Part shown: positions 39,764 to 54,000 of the stretch, piece by piece
Layout: each line of letters starts with the position of its first letter
Position numbering within the stretch: position 1 is the stretch's first letter
Source: Podarcis pityusensis
Lineage: Eukaryota
Reading direction: 5' to 3' (one strand)
NCBI GenBank assembly: GCA_964106645.2
Contig: OZ067052.1
Length of the DNA: 64,000 nucleotides
Notes under the pieces: model-generated
Databases searched by the model: none
What the model saw: the letters and a program-made list of their open reading frames with translations, nothing else
What the model was told of the DNA's origin: nothing
Translations under genes and position numbers: made by a program

Positions 39764-41530
39764 GATCTCTGATAAAAAGGGCCTAAAAAGGAACACTTCT
39801 ACAGCATTATTCTTCAAGGTTCTTCTAGGGAAGGGGGGGGAGATCCCTTTCCTACACACACATACACTACCGTTTTCGACAAGACATTAATCACTACCGT
39901 TTTATAATCCACAAGCGATTAAACAAACGTCTGTAATTACGAGCAGATGCAATACTCCAGGCAGCAGGAAAGGAACTGCATTATAAACGCACAGTAAATT
40001 TTACATAGAGAGAGAGATATGATATAATCAAAGAGCAGGTTAGAGAGAGAGCTTCATTTAATTTATTTATGCAGACGTAAGATGCCTTGTTACTGGAGGC
40101 ATACAAGCACATCGCAGGGCGTACAAGAACATTACAACTCAATCCTTTCCCCCCACCCAAGTTTCAAATGCATTCAGTACAACCATAGACTGGAATTAAA
40201 AGGAGGCTTTTTGGACCAAGAACAGCAGCTTTGTGTCTTCTTTTCTTATCTTCCTCCAGTAACATCTAGTAACTTAAAGCATGTGACATAGCACCATAAT
40301 GCAAAGAGATTCGCCATCATGTTTCACAAGGTGTTGTTTGCAAAAGGCAAGGAAATATGGAGCGTGGTGACATTGGATCATATGCTTTGTTTCAATAGGC
40401 ATTACTAGAGGAAGCAACAAAAGGCTACCCCTTGCAGTGGTGGCCTGGTCAGGAGCTGCCATGTGTTCCCACATCTGGCAAACAGGGTCACTGTGGCTTC
40501 TCAGGGGAGACTCAAGAACTAGCAACGACGCCCCGATCTGGCAAGCAAGGTCACTACAGCTCAGGAATGTGTCAAGCACAGCTGAACGCTCCCCTATACA
40601 CACAGGGGAGAAAGGTGATTCAACGTGAGTTTAAAGGAGAACCTACAAAATTTGCACCTTCCGAAACATTATGCAAGCAGAAAAAGGCATCCTTCAAAAC
40701 CTGCTCTACTCCAAATTCTGTAATGCAGTTCTTCTGCAAAGTCACATGCAAAAAAAAAATGCATATAACAGGAATATAACATATGAAATGCATTATATTA
40801 GTGGAAATTGCTTTGCAGAAATATTAATATTGGGCAAATTTGCATACAAAATGTGTATATTAGGAGAAAATTGCATGAAAAAGCTGGTGAATTTTCATGA
40901 GAATTAAAAAAAATAATTCACAAACTGATGTGGAATGTGGAGAACTTAAAAATGGAAAAATGAGAAACGGAGAGAAGTTGATTGTGTGTAAGTGGGGGGA
41001 TGCCTGTATTGTGGCTGTTCTGCTATTATTATCTTTAAACTAACTGTTTTCTGTGAGCTACTTTAAGCATAACGTATTTGTGGAAAACTGAGTATATAAA
41101 TGAACTATGATTAATCGATTAAATATATGACCCCTGAGTAGCTTGAGTCCAGGAAACCTTAAGGACTCCCTGAGCCCTTCTATCCTGGGTTAGTCAGGGA
41201 GCCCTTGTGCAATGCTCCTAGTTGTCCCTCGTGCCACAGAAGCCTGACGGGACTCCACTAGAAGTCAGCATTTCATGTGGCTGATCTCATGCTGTGGAAC
41301 ACTCTTCCATCAGAGATACTGCAGGCATCCTTGCTGTTAACCTTCAGACGTATCCTAAGGACTTTTCTATGCCCGCAGGCCTCTTCAGTTGTTCAGGTTT
41401 TTTTTTCTAGATGAGCCACTCACTCCTGTAGTTATTTGGTATTGCTCTGCAGTATCTTACATTGCCAACTGCCTTGACATCTTGTGTGAGTGGACAGCAT
41501 GTAAATACTTCAATAAAAGAATAAATAAAC

Positions 41531-41666
41531 CAGGGTTCCCCAAACTTGGGTCACAAGCTGTTTTTGGACTACAACTCCCATCATCCCTTACTAGCAAGAC
41601 CAGCAGTCAGGGATGATGGGAATTGTAGTCCAAAAACAGCTGGATACCCAACTTTGGGAAATCCTG
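41531..41666. mobile_element. hAT palindromic MITE, related family
   Basis: CAGGG...CCTG termini; ggactacaactcccatcatcc core; 8-bp TSD aaataaac. Confidence 0.85.
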
Positions 41667-42844
41667 AAATAAACAAATGAAGAAATAGCTTCAAAGGGGG
41701 ATAACTCAAACTCAGGGAGAACAAGGCTATCCATGACTACTAGTCCTACTGGCTATGTTCCACTTCCAGTACTGGAGGCGGAATGCCTCTGAAAACCAGT
41801 TGCTCAGAATCGCAAGTGCGGAGAGTTGCTGTTGCTGCCATCAGGCTCCCCATAGGCATCAGGTAGGCCACTGTGAGAACAGGATGCTGCGTTAGATGGG
41901 CCAGTGTCTTGACCCAGGATGCGCTTCTTTTGTTCGCACATGCTCACACAGTGAGCCTTTCAGTGGGGTTGCATCAGAGTGCTGAAGTGCTAAGTTTTGA
42001 TGCAGACAAAATGGGTACAAGTAGGGAGGGCACTGTCCCACTTTGATCCCGCCTCTGGGCTTCACACAGGAATCATTTGGCCACTATGAGAACAGGTTGG
42101 TGGATTAGATGGGCCCTTGGCTCGATCCAGAAAGGCTTTTCTTATGTTCCTATGTGGCCAGCAGGTTGCAAAAGCTATCTTGCATTGGATGTCACCCATG
42201 TATTTTATGAATTGTAATATTTTAACGTATTGTGATATTTTGAACTTGTTGCAGGAGTGGTGCATAGGCTCTAGCAGGGACGGCTGATTTTCTCCCCCCT
42301 TTGGTAATCTTTAACCTTTCCCATGCCATATCAGCTGTCCTCCTGATCCATTAGTGCTAATGGCCAGGCTCTCACATAAGCTGTTAGTATTCATTAAGGA
42401 GTTATCAAGTAACGAGAGAAAGCAGATGCCCGGGTGTTTTTGTTGGGGGAGGGTGTTTGAGGGTGGGGAGTGTCAAATCATTTCTGCCAGCTTGGGATTT
42501 AAAAGACACAAAGAGAGAAGTGACTACAGATGTTATTGAGTGACATGGAAACCTGGGTGTGTAGATTTGCTGTTTGACATTCAGAAGAACATCCTTCTTT
42601 TAGCCTGTCACATCGTCAACGGAAATAAACGTAAAAGGACTTCTGTTAAAAATGCTGATAACATAACACCACTGTCTGCATTTAAAAACAACAACATTTT
42701 ATTTATATATCTTTAAAATGTCTGGTTTCCCATTAATGTGATGCCATGTTGTGGCATTATAGCATGACAGCTGGCTTTGAGAAGTGGCTAACACTAAGTT
42801 CCTGGTTTCAATCTCCCCTCCACCATGAGCCACCAAAACTGGCA

Positions 42845-43266
42845 GTTGGGGTGGCTGAACCTGTAGATTTCATTTTTTCTCAAATATTATGTTCAGTTTT
42901 CCACACTTCCAAATCAGTTTGCATTAAAAAAACAAAAAACAGTGTGCATGAAAATTCATCAACACCTATGTGGAAACTTCTCCTAACATCATTTTTGTAG
43001 GCAGTTTTTCCTAATGTACACATTTCTGCAAAGTAATTTCCCCTAATATAATGCATTTTGGTATGCTGATTTCTCTAATGTATGCATTTTTATATCACCC
43101 CAGTATTTGCATTTTTGGACACATTGTTTGGCTGCATTGCAAAATTCACAGAAGTGCCAATTTCAAAAGATGGCTGTGGTTCGTTTCATGTATGGTTTCG
43201 GTAAGTGCGAATTAGGTGAACTTTGCCTTTAAATGTGAACTGCATTGAATTTCTCCTCCATCCCTA
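42845..43266 (-). repeat. Unclassified ~400-bp interspersed repeat (copies 40600-40985 +, 54780-55390 +, 56510-56830 -)
   Basis: Shared motifs (g)ctggtg(a/g)attttcatga, tagggatg terminus, aaatttgcac(c/t)tccgaaac. Confidence 0.55.
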
Positions 43267-43281
43267 GTCAGAAGTAGTGAG

Positions 43282-43523
43282 GAAGAGTTTGGATTTGATA
43301 TCCCACTTTATCACTACCCAAAGGAGTCTCAAAGCGGCTAACATTCTTCTTTCCCTTCCTCCCCCACAACAAACACTCTGTGAGGTGAGTGAGGCTGAGA
43401 GACTTCAAAGAAGTGTGACTGGCCCAAGGTCACCCAGCAGCTGCATGTGGAGGAGCGGAGACGCGAACCCGGTTCCCCAGATTATGAGTCTACTGCTCTT
43501 AACCACTACACAGCACTGCCTCC
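43282..43523 (-). mobile_element. Young CORE-SINE (Squam3-like)
   Basis: Near-identical reverse complement of 32543-32770. Confidence 0.85.
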
Positions 43524-43771
43524 TGGCTTTCCCCAGAACTGCTCCTGGGTTTCCCCAGAAACTGGGACAAAATGAGAATATGCTTTCACAATTCCTATTC
43601 TGCTGGAACTCAGGGAAGGGTAAAGGGTAACAGCCTCTGGAAGCACTTTGAGGCTTCTGAGCGTCTCCCAGCCTAGAAGCTGAATTCTCCCCTCCCTGAA
43701 TACTCTTGTCATAGGGCATGGAGGAAAGGAAGAGGAATGGGAAAATAAAGCTAGCTACCAAAAAGGGGGGG

Positions 43772-43965
43772 GGGGAGTTGTACTCAGTGGTAGAGCATCT
43801 TTTCTGCATGCAGAAGGTCCCAGGTTCAATCGTCAGCATCTGCAGGTAGGACTGGGAGATGCCCCTTGTCTGAAACCCTGGAGGGCTGCCAGTCAGTGTG
43901 GGCAATGCTGTGCTACATGGTCCAATGGTGTGATTCAGAATAAGGCAGCTTCCTATGTTCCTAAT
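43772..43965 (+). mobile_element. tRNA-Ala-derived SINE (Squam2-like)
   Basis: ctcagtggtagagcatc...tgcatgcagaaggtcccaggttcaatc (A/B boxes); body ending taaggcagcttcctatgttcct. Confidence 0.8.
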
Positions 43966-45206
43966 ACCCAGCTGATCCATCTGTTCCTGCTTCACTGGAT
44001 GGCAGCTAAGGCACCCTTATTTAAACATGCAAGTGGCAATCTAAAAATGAAGAGTTTTGTTGTTGTTTTAAAGAATAGCCAAGTATATATGACAGTGTGA
44101 TGCTGCTGATAAAATTAAGAAAGGGAAACAAAGATACTGCTTTTCCTTCCCAGTAATAGTGAAGAAGTTGACAGACTGCAAAAGTTCAACACAATATCCC
44201 CACCCACAACTCATAGGAAGGGAGGTCCACATTTGCCCTGAGCAATACAAAACCTGTGATTTTTCTCCCCATTTATCCGTGGCTCCATTGGCATTGGCAG
44301 TCATCATTATGGGACACACATTTCTTTTCCTTTTTAAGGTTTTATTTGTTTTTCCTAAGGAAATTGCATGACCTCTGCCTCCCTTTGTGGGTTTCTCTGG
44401 AGTTGTTGTTTTGTTGAGGTCAGCCAGGCCTCTCCAATTGAAAACTCCCTTTCTGATCCCTCTTCTTCAAAACCACCATGTTTTCTCTCGCAAAGTGAGA
44501 AGCTGGCAAGTTATAATCAGTAGAGCCTGCGAGAGCCAAGCATTTGCTGACCAACACTGCAATTTTGTTTTTGTTGTTAGTGAAAACAGAATGTACATAG
44601 GAATGCACATATTTCACAGCACTAGGGTGCAGCAATCGGTGCAGACGGATTTCGTATTCTTTAAACTTTCGTATTCTTTAAACCAAGTTGCTAGTCCCTA
44701 TGACAGTAAAAATTCTTACATTCTCTGTCAACATTTACACTTCTTTATTTACACTTGTTCATTACTATATCCCACCCTTCCTCCAAGGAGCTCAGAGTGG
44801 CTTACACGACTCCCTCACCCCATTTCATCCCCACAAGAACCCCGTGTGATAACAGCCTGAGAGCTGCTTTACCCAGTGAATTTCATGGGTGACCAGATTG
44901 GCAGGTAGGGGATGACCTTGTGTTATCCACCAAACAAGCGTTTGACATAAGTTATTATCAGAGTTCAGGGACACAGTCCAGCCAGGCAAAAACACTCAAG
45001 GAGGATGTGAAGAAGGATCAGTGAGGGGTATGTCCTGGAGAGACATCCAAGGGCCAGACAGAAAGGTCCTGGGGGCCACCTTTGGCCTCTGGGCCTGATG
45101 TTCCTCACTCCTGGGCTACAGCAAGTTTCAGTATTTTTAAAAGAAGTTTCAGAATATGTTTCTGGGGCGGAGTGGACTGTTGCTCTTGTATATTTGTTTT
45201 ATCCTA

Positions 45207-45512
<306 letters not shown>

Positions 45513-46888
45513 TCATACAGATCGCACAAAAACAAACAGCCCCCAAAACCTCAAGAAACTGTTAACGTTTTTCTCCTCTCTCCCCCTTTTAAAATAATCT
45601 TTTGGGTGCCACCCAGACTGTCAGGTACTCTGCCTTTTATATGTGTGTGTATTGTGTGTACACACACACAATAACTTTAGAATGGGGAAATTGGTGAGAG
45701 GGAAAAGATACAAAGCTGGCAGCCCTCTCACAACATAAACTGAGTGCCTATAAGTGAGACTCAGATCCATGACAACTTGAAGCCGTTGGCATGCCAAGGA
45801 CAGAAGGGTACCACATATTCTGAAATATAGATATTTTTAAGGTTTAGAAAGGGTAAGCTTGTGAAAAAGCACCATATAGCTAAAAAGATATTTTGATTTA
45901 ACAGGGGATTGGGCAGGAAAAGCAAGTTGGGTTGAAGCATTGACTCATTTGCACTGAGCTCGCGCAGGTCCTTACATAGCCAAAATGGCTCCATCCACAT
46001 ACAAGAGGAAAGCACCAGCAGGAATCCCAAGGAAATATTGGCGGAAGAGGGAATAAATCCTTCTAAAGCAGCCCAATGAGGACTGAGAGTGCACAGCAGC
46101 CATGGAGTCATGGCTGATTGTTGGAGGAGGGCTAGAATGGAAAGGGGGAGGAGAGAATGGAATGAAGCAGCTGGAAACCTGAACAGGAGCACCCTGCCAC
46201 GCTGCAGCATTTTGTTGCAGATCCCACTTTTATCTCCTGTTTGTATAACCTAATTATAAGGAGCTTCCTTACAACCATGAACAGACATGCCTCTATAATT
46301 ATTTGTCACTAGCAAAATGCCTATTATTTTATGGCAGGCCAGGGATGGGTGGGTTTTTCCATGTATGTTCTCCTTGCATTTATTCTGTGAAGGCTAGGGT
46401 TGCCACATTTCAAAAAGTGAAAAGTGAGCTTTTTAAAACTTTACCCAAAGTTCTTGAGCTTCAAAATTGCAAAGAAATGACATTTTTGAACTTTTTCTAA
46501 GGAAAATTGGCAAAAACGACACTGCCGACATGGGTTGCCATACATCTGGATTTTCCCAGGCATTTTGCAGATTTCCACCCGGACACTGCTTCCTACTGCA
46601 TGTCCTACAGTATTTCTGGGAAATTCTGGATGTATAGCAACCCTAGAAGGCATTTGGCACCATATCCAACGGAAACAAAAGCACACGTGTCTTCATCCTG
46701 TTACCTTTCCCCCTCTCTCCCCATCTTTCCATCACTTGACTTCCTCGCCGTGGAAATGTAGACTGTAAGCTCCTTAGGTCACAAAGCACCACGCACGCCG
46801 ATAGCGTAATAAATCATAATTATGATAGCAAGGGAACCACTAGGAGGCTTAACATCCTTGCCAACGTTCCTGCAATTACAGAACTTTA

Positions 46889-47101
<213 letters not shown>

Positions 47102-47467
47102 TCAGTTTCCTTTTTCCACTCGAAAACTTGAGCTTAAACGAAGGTATAGCCACAAAGTTTCCCATTATAAAGGATGCTGCATTAGTTCAAGAATGAGGAA
47201 CCTGTGCCTGCACCATAGCTATTGCTGGACTCCAGTTCCCAACAGCCCCAGCTAGTGCTTCTGTTTCTGGCCCTGCCCAATCCTGGCATGAAGCCCTTGC
47301 AAGGTTACCCAGAAGGAAATGCGGCCTTCAGGCAGAAAAAGAAGTTTCCCATTCTTGCTGTAGTTAAACATGGCAGTCACTGGACTCCAGGATTTGGTAT
47401 AATTCATGCAACTTGATCAACACGAATTATGTTATTCTGTCCCATGAACGGAATGGCGCAAGGTGAT

Positions 47468-47588
47468 GGGCTGCATCCAACTAAGTTTTACTCAGAGGAG
47501 ACCCAGCTGAAATTAATTTGCCTAAGTTAGTCATGCCCATTACTTTCAACGGGTCTACTCTGAGTATAACTAATACTGGACACAGCCT
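47468..47588. repeat. Palindromic non-autonomous DNA element (~120 bp)
   Basis: ggctgcatcca...tactcagaggagacccagctgaaattaat...ttactttcaacgggtctactctgagta...tggacacagcc; related copies at 7845-8375 (split by LTR), ~7700 and ~48490. Confidence 0.65.
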
Positions 47589-49217
47589 TCTCTTTTTCCA
47601 TGTACGACCCCTACCCAGTATTCAAGCTTTCATAACTTCAAGGCTTGTCAAAGCATTGGGATCAGTTCTGCTCCAGACCCTCTGAGTAACTTCCCATCAG
47701 GCTTCCCAGTAGGCTATCAAGGCTGTTTAAAAAAAAGGTGGGTCATTTAGCCTGCTTTACTTGCTCAGAGGAATAGCAGTCCTCATCATAAAGCCTTTCA
47801 GATTTGTACATTTGGGGAGGTGGGGGGAGCACTGATTTGCTTCAAGGAGGTCTGAAGCCACAGACTGTCTCCAGTTTGGACTGTCCTATATATCATTACA
47901 TTGGCCCCGCATAAGCTTAAAGGGACATTTGACCCATCCTCTCAATAGGCAAGGAAAGCTGATACACTGTTAAAGTGACTTATACCCTCTTTACCCCAAA
48001 CAGAACAAGGGGAAGAGGGGAGAGATACTTTTATACAATTCCCTTCTTGCCATATCCATTTTATATGGCTTTTAAAATATATGCCAATGACATCTATCAT
48101 TCTCTTCATCTTGTCCCACTTAGATTGGTTTTGGGTTTCTTGAAAAAGCCTTTTCAGTAGACTGTTCTCTTCCATCCCTTCTAATGAACATGTCAGTGGG
48201 TTGGTTTCTCTTTTTCAAAAGAAATAAAAATAATTGTCTGCCTCTTCCCAGCCCAGTGGGTACTCAACACTTCTTGATCTCCCAACCATGGTCAAGAGAG
48301 CAAGAGCACCCAGAAGACTTCTAACCCCCTCTCCTATCACAAAGGAACCACCTTTTGTAGCAAACCATGGTTAGCATTATGTCTACATCTGGGGGGTGGG
48401 GTTAACTTCAACATCTGAGAATTGAGAGCTAACTTCAACATCTGAGAACTGGGTGTTTGAAGGCATGAATTTAAGGAACAGGACAAGGTTAGGTCCATTA
48501 ATTTCAACAGGTCTACTCTGGGTAACACTTGGTTGAATACAATCTGTGGATAATGTATCACTATATGGTTATTAGTCATGAAATTGCGAGGAACGTGTGT
48601 ATGCAGAGGCAGCCTACACCAAATGCTGGAGGAGGCACAAGCAATAGCAGAAGGCATCACCCTCACACATGACTTGAAAGCTCCCAGAGGCATCTGGCTG
48701 GTTGCTGCTGAAGACAGAATGCTGGACTAGTTACTGAACTATCTCCTAGCCACAATGGCCAGGTTCTGCCTCCACGGGAGTATGTATGTCTCTAAATACT
48801 TGGTTCTGCCTCCAACATAATGCCTGCCCTCCTAAAATAAATCCTGGCTACGCCCATGCAGCAGGGCTATTCTGATGTCATACTCATGCTCTTAGGCTCA
48901 TGCCTTGTGCTGAGCTCAGGTACACTGGACTATTCAGTCCAGCATTCTGTGGTTTCAGGGAGACGTCATTCCTAATGGTGCTAATTTGATATCCTTTTCA
49001 CTGGAAGCTGAAAATGAGACCTGTGCCCCACCACCAAGCTGCAGGAGCTCAGTAGACTGAGCATGGGTGAAGGCAAGCAGCTTCTATGAACTGTCTGGCT
49101 GCAAAGCATGTGCTCTGCCACCGAGCTGTGGCCCCTTAAGATGTCGGGTGCGCCCACAGAACTACTAATAAACCCCACCAAACTACTATAGTTAAACAAA
49201 TCACATGAACATTAAGA

Positions 49218-49227
49218 AGAAAGAGAG

Positions 49228-49278
<51 letters not shown>

Positions 49279-49279
49279 A
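49218..49279. repeat. (AAAG)n microsatellite
   Basis: Direct reading. Confidence 0.95.
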
Positions 49280-51756
49280 CTATACACACAGAGGCACATC
49301 AACATGTTCAAGATCAAAGGTCTTTATGCTCTCCCCATAAGGCGCCATCACCCTGCATCAGCCAGATAATCCAACCAAAATGGGAACAGATCAAGACAAA
49401 CAGAGGTGTAGAATGGGAACAGGGTAAATAAAGGATAGGAGGGGACGCTTTTGTTGCATGACACTGTTTATTCCCAGGAGACAGAAAAAAACAAATTGCC
49501 GAATCCTTTCAACTAATATTTTGTTTGTTCCTCCAAAAAGAAAGGGATAAATTAAACTTGTTTATAAAGACTATGAAGTAATATAGCTTGCAAATGTGTT
49601 TACAGAATCCCCTTGGAGATGAAAAGCTGTATAGAAATGCCACCACTCTCCCAGAGCCGTCGCATCTTCCATTGTTCTGAAGACTTCCTCTTGTTTAGAT
49701 CTGCCCTTGACCTCCTCCCCAAGGTCTCCAACCCGGACCCTGCCAAGAGGAGACCCTTAATTCCTGGTGCAGTTTTGGCAAGGGCATTATGAGAACCAGA
49801 CGAAGCCAAAGTCTAAGAGACTTCATCCAAACATTCTCCTGAACACCCAGCCACCCTCATCTAGCCCCAGGATTATCTACTTGGCTCATCAGGGTCTCAG
49901 GCAGACAGTCTTTCTCAGCCCTGCCAATTGGGATCCTTGGGGCTGGAGACACCAGGGACTATTGGCCAGGGACTTTCTTGTGCCTTAGACCACCACTAAC
50001 CCAGTAGCATTCTCCCCCACCCCCCATAACATTGTCTTTGGGGGTGGTGCATTAGAGCAAGCCCCTGTCTTCTTCCTTTTCAGCCTCTTATAACTCCTCT
50101 TCTCCCTAAGCAGGGATGGGGAACCCTTTTGCAGCCAGAGGGCCACTTCCCCTTGTGAGCAGGTTCCCTGGGGCCACATGCCAGTGGTGAGCAGGGCCAG
50201 AGGTGGGCTGGGCAATGGCTGAAACTCTTACTGTAGCAAGCTACTGTGCAGCAAGGCCAGATGGCTGTGGCCTAGGAGGGCGATGGTGTCTAGGGAGTCT
50301 TGGGGTAGAGATGGAGAGGCCCGGAACACCACAATCAACTCCCAAGTCTGAGAGTCCTCACCAGGGGTGCCAATTTTAGTAAAATATTGGCAGAGCCCAG
50401 GTGAGTCCTGCCCTGCACAATCACATGATGTGGCACACACACACACACACACATGCATGCACGCGCGCGCACACACACACCATTTGAATGGGAATTCCTC
50501 TCAACTTTGTGGGGGGCTGGCCCCCTCAAATATTTTATTGGAGAGCCAAAGCAACCTTGGCCCCTAGGGGTCGGCTCCTACGGTCCTCACCACTTACCTA
50601 AGAGGCTAGACACATCATAAAAGAAGCGGAGCAGAGAGAGATCTGTTTGAGAATCCCCTTCAGGGGAGCCCCAAAGTCTGCAAGAGTACTTAAAAAAATA
50701 AAAATAAAGTCTAAGGAGGGCAAACAATAGCAAAATGGCTCAAAGAGGACTGAGCACATGCAACAGCTGTGGAACTGTCAGGGTTCACTGAAAGCAACCC
50801 TGAACAGGAGGACTCCTGCTATGATGTAAGGATGCACTGTAACTTTTTGTTACAGGTCCATTGGTCAGGTCCACTGGTCAGACACCATACATTTAAGGCA
50901 TATTTACACCTACCTCTCAAAGAATCCTGGGAGTTTACCTCCAGAGCTACCCTTAACGAACTACAGTTCCCATGTTTCCTTGAGGTGTATGGGGTGGGAG
51001 AGAATGCGCTTTAAACGTATGTTACAGATGCGACCAAATGGTTATTCCTGAGTTGCAGGGGGTCGGACTAAATGACCCTTGGGATCCCTTTCAATTCTAC
51101 AATTCTAGGATCATGCTGGAGTCAGGCCTGGTCTTGCTGTGCTTCAGGCAGGAGCTCTGGCCTTAAGTAAGCGCCACAGGCTTTGGTCTGATGACCAGCC
51201 AAAGGCAACCCCTGAGATGTGTGTGTGTGTACTGCACTACCCTGGCGACAGCCAATTCTTACTCTCATGCTTTCTAGAAGCTAACCTTTCCAGGTGCAGG
51301 AGCACCTCCAACCTTAATTCAGGGGGAAAGTGTATTGTGTGTATTTTGTTTTTTGCCAAGGAGTGTTTCCATGTCTAGGAAACCGTGTTAGAAGCAGACA
51401 GGGCGCGCTCAGCGTGTAGACATCCTCCAACCGCCTGGCTGCCTGTGACAAAGCCTTTCAAAACTCAAAACGAACAGGGCAAGTGGAGTTTAAAGTGGTT
51501 TCCTAATCAAAGACAGCTGCACCGGGAAGCTGCAACAACATTCACCCCTGCAAGACGGGCCAAACTTTAAAAGGCAAACTATTCCGTCTCTGGTAAGGTT
51601 TTTAATTCCGAGCAGGCCAGCCAGCAGAAGCGCTCTGTCTTCCTTTCAGGGAGGCATTCAAAAAAACAGTGTTCACATGCAACTGCTCAGCTACTGAAGG
51701 ATGCTGGCTACATAAAAGAGCATGCTATACCTGAGCCTTGGGGGTTTACAGAGAAG

Positions 51757-51947
51757 GGTTGCAGCTCAGTGGCAGAGCATCTGCTTTCCTCGTATAAGGT
51801 CTCAGGTTCAATCCCCAGCATCTCCATGTAGGGCTGGGAGGGCTCTTCATCTGAAAACCTGGAGAGTTGCTGCCAATCCATGCAGAGAATACTGACCTAG
51901 ATGGACCATGGGAGCGACTCTTTATAAGGCAGCTTCTAATGTTCTAA
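51757..51947 (+). mobile_element. Squam2-like SINE with BovB inserted in its tail
   Basis: Same head and body as 43772-43965; tail ctaatgttct interrupted by BovB. Confidence 0.78.
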
Positions 51948-51950
51948 TGT

Positions 51951-52449
51951 CAAGGAGACATCACCTTGCCGACAAAGGTCCGTATAGTAAAAGCTATGGT
52001 TTTCCCAGTAGTGATGTATGGAAGTGAGAGATGGACCATCAAGAAGGCTGATCGCCGAGGAATTGATGCTTTTGAATTATGGTGCTGGAGGAGACTCTTG
52101 AGAGTCCCATGGACTGCAAGAAGATCAAACCTATCTACTCTTAAGGAAATCAGCCCTGAGTGCTCACTGGAAGGACAGATCGTGAAGCTGAGACTCAAAT
52201 ACTTTGGCCACCTCATGAGAAGAGAAGACTCCCTGGAAAAGACCCTGATGTTGGAAAAGATGGAGGGCACAAGGAGAAGGGGACGACGGAGGACAAGATG
52301 GTTGGACAGTGTTCTCGAAGCTATCAGCATGAGTTTGACCAAACTGCCGGAGGCAGTGGAAGACAGGAGTGCCTGGCGTGCTCTGGTCCATGGGGTCATG
52401 AAGAGTCGGACACGACTAAGCGACTAAACAACAACAACAACAACAACAA
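51951..52449 (+). mobile_element. BovB (RTE clade) LINE, 5'-truncated 3' end
   Basis: Uninterrupted frame ...KVRIVKAMVFPVVMYGSERWTIKK...IDAFELWCWRRLLRVPWTARRSN...YFGHLMRREDSLEKTLML...WRALVHGVMKSRTRLSD*, typical of the BovB C-terminus; (CAA)n tail; flanking aatgttct direct repeat. Confidence 0.93.
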
Positions 52450-53824
52450 AATGTTCTTAAGTCAGCCCTATATTTAAAGCCATGAGCACTAGACTCTTAC
52501 TTTGCTTTTAGGGCACAGACAGTAGCTCAGTGGTGGGGCATCTGCTTTGCATACTTAAGTCCCAGCTTCAATCCCTGGCCTCTTCAGGTAGAGCTAGGAA
52601 TGCCCCCTGGGAGACCTGCTGCCAGTCAGAGGAGGCAATACTGAGCTAGTTAAGCACAGGACAGCTCCCTAGGCTTCTATGATGGCAATAGGCACAATTC
52701 AAGGTAAGGTGCTGAATTCAAAACAGTGGTTCTCAGTGTAAGCAGCATGAATTCTTGAGACATCTTTGGCGTAGGACATTTGAGGGGGGGGGACTCACAG
52801 CGGGGTCTTGCTAGCGCCCACACACAAAAGTCCGGCACCAGTCCTGCATTAATAAACCATGGAACTGCACAATCTTGACATATCAAGAGCAGAATCATCA
52901 TGTTTTTTAAAAAAATATATAGAACGCAGTAAGCAGACTGACTAAATTCTCTAAGAAAAGAGCCTCTTTGGGGACTCAGATGTATCGCATCAATAGAAAC
53001 TTGGTGCCAGATAATGGCTTCAGCCATCGTCTTCCTCCCCGGAGATTAAGAGCACATCATCAACGTGAGGTTGACAAGAGTCAGGGGAAAGTGGGGCCAG
53101 CACTGGCTGTTGGACACAGAGCCACTGCTGCCGTATCACCATGTCCAAATCGCCTGGTCTCTTCCAAGGGGAGAAGAGCCACCCCCCCCCCCTCTTCTAG
53201 GATGAGTAGTTGGCAGAAGCGCCGGCGCTGTCATAGCAGGAAACTGATGCACCAAACAGCCGTTTATTTACTTTTGATAAATGTGTCCCTGTGCCTCTTC
53301 CCCACTTCCTCCAGCCATCCCAATCACCACAGGGGAAATGGGATATTCTTCAGAGGACCATTAAGCGGCAGAGGAAGAATAGGAAAAAGCACCATAAATT
53401 AACAACAGGCAATCAGAGAGGGTTAAGGCAATTGACTTCTTGCCTTAAAGCCATGGGATCAAGTCTCGTCAGGTGGCCACCCCATCTAGTAACACACCCC
53501 CTTAAGGGCAGAACATATGCTTTGCATGCAGAAGGTCCCACATTTGATATCTAGCCATCTCCTGTTAGGGCTGGGAATGCTTGAAACCCCAGAGTCCTGC
53601 GTTAGATGGACCAATGGTCTGACTCTGTGTTCCTCTTTTATTTTATCCTTTATTCAGCTGCCTATGTCCCTCTTTTAATTAATCATTCATTCATTCAGAA
53701 CCACGAGGACTTGAAGTTTTTGAGAAGAAAGGCCAGAGCTCAGTGGCAGACGGAATACTTTGCATGGAAAATATTCTGTTCCTGACTTCTCCAGGTAGGA
53801 ACATCTCCAGCAAAGGAATTTACA

Positions 53825-54000
53825 AAGCTGCCTTATACCAAGTCAGACCACTGGTCCATCTAGCTCAGTGCTGTCTACACTGACTGGCAGCGGCTCTCCA
53901 GGATTTCCGACAAGAAATCTCTCTGCCACCTCCACTGGAAGTTGCCAAGGATTGAACCAGGGGCTTTCTGCACACAAAGCAGCTGTTCTAGCACTGAGCT
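53825..54000 (-). mobile_element. Squam2-like SINE
   Basis: Reverse complement of the family (agctgccttatacc...ccatctagctcag...gattgaaccaggg...cactgagct). Confidence 0.75.

Noticed and set aside
43772-43850. tRNA-like sequences (also near 54570 and 55210)
   Set aside because: SINE heads lacking an intact acceptor stem and Pol III terminator; they continue into SINE bodies.
43405-43995. 196-aa minus-strand ORF
   Set aside because: Runs through two SINEs (Squam2-like and Squam3-like); repeat-derived.
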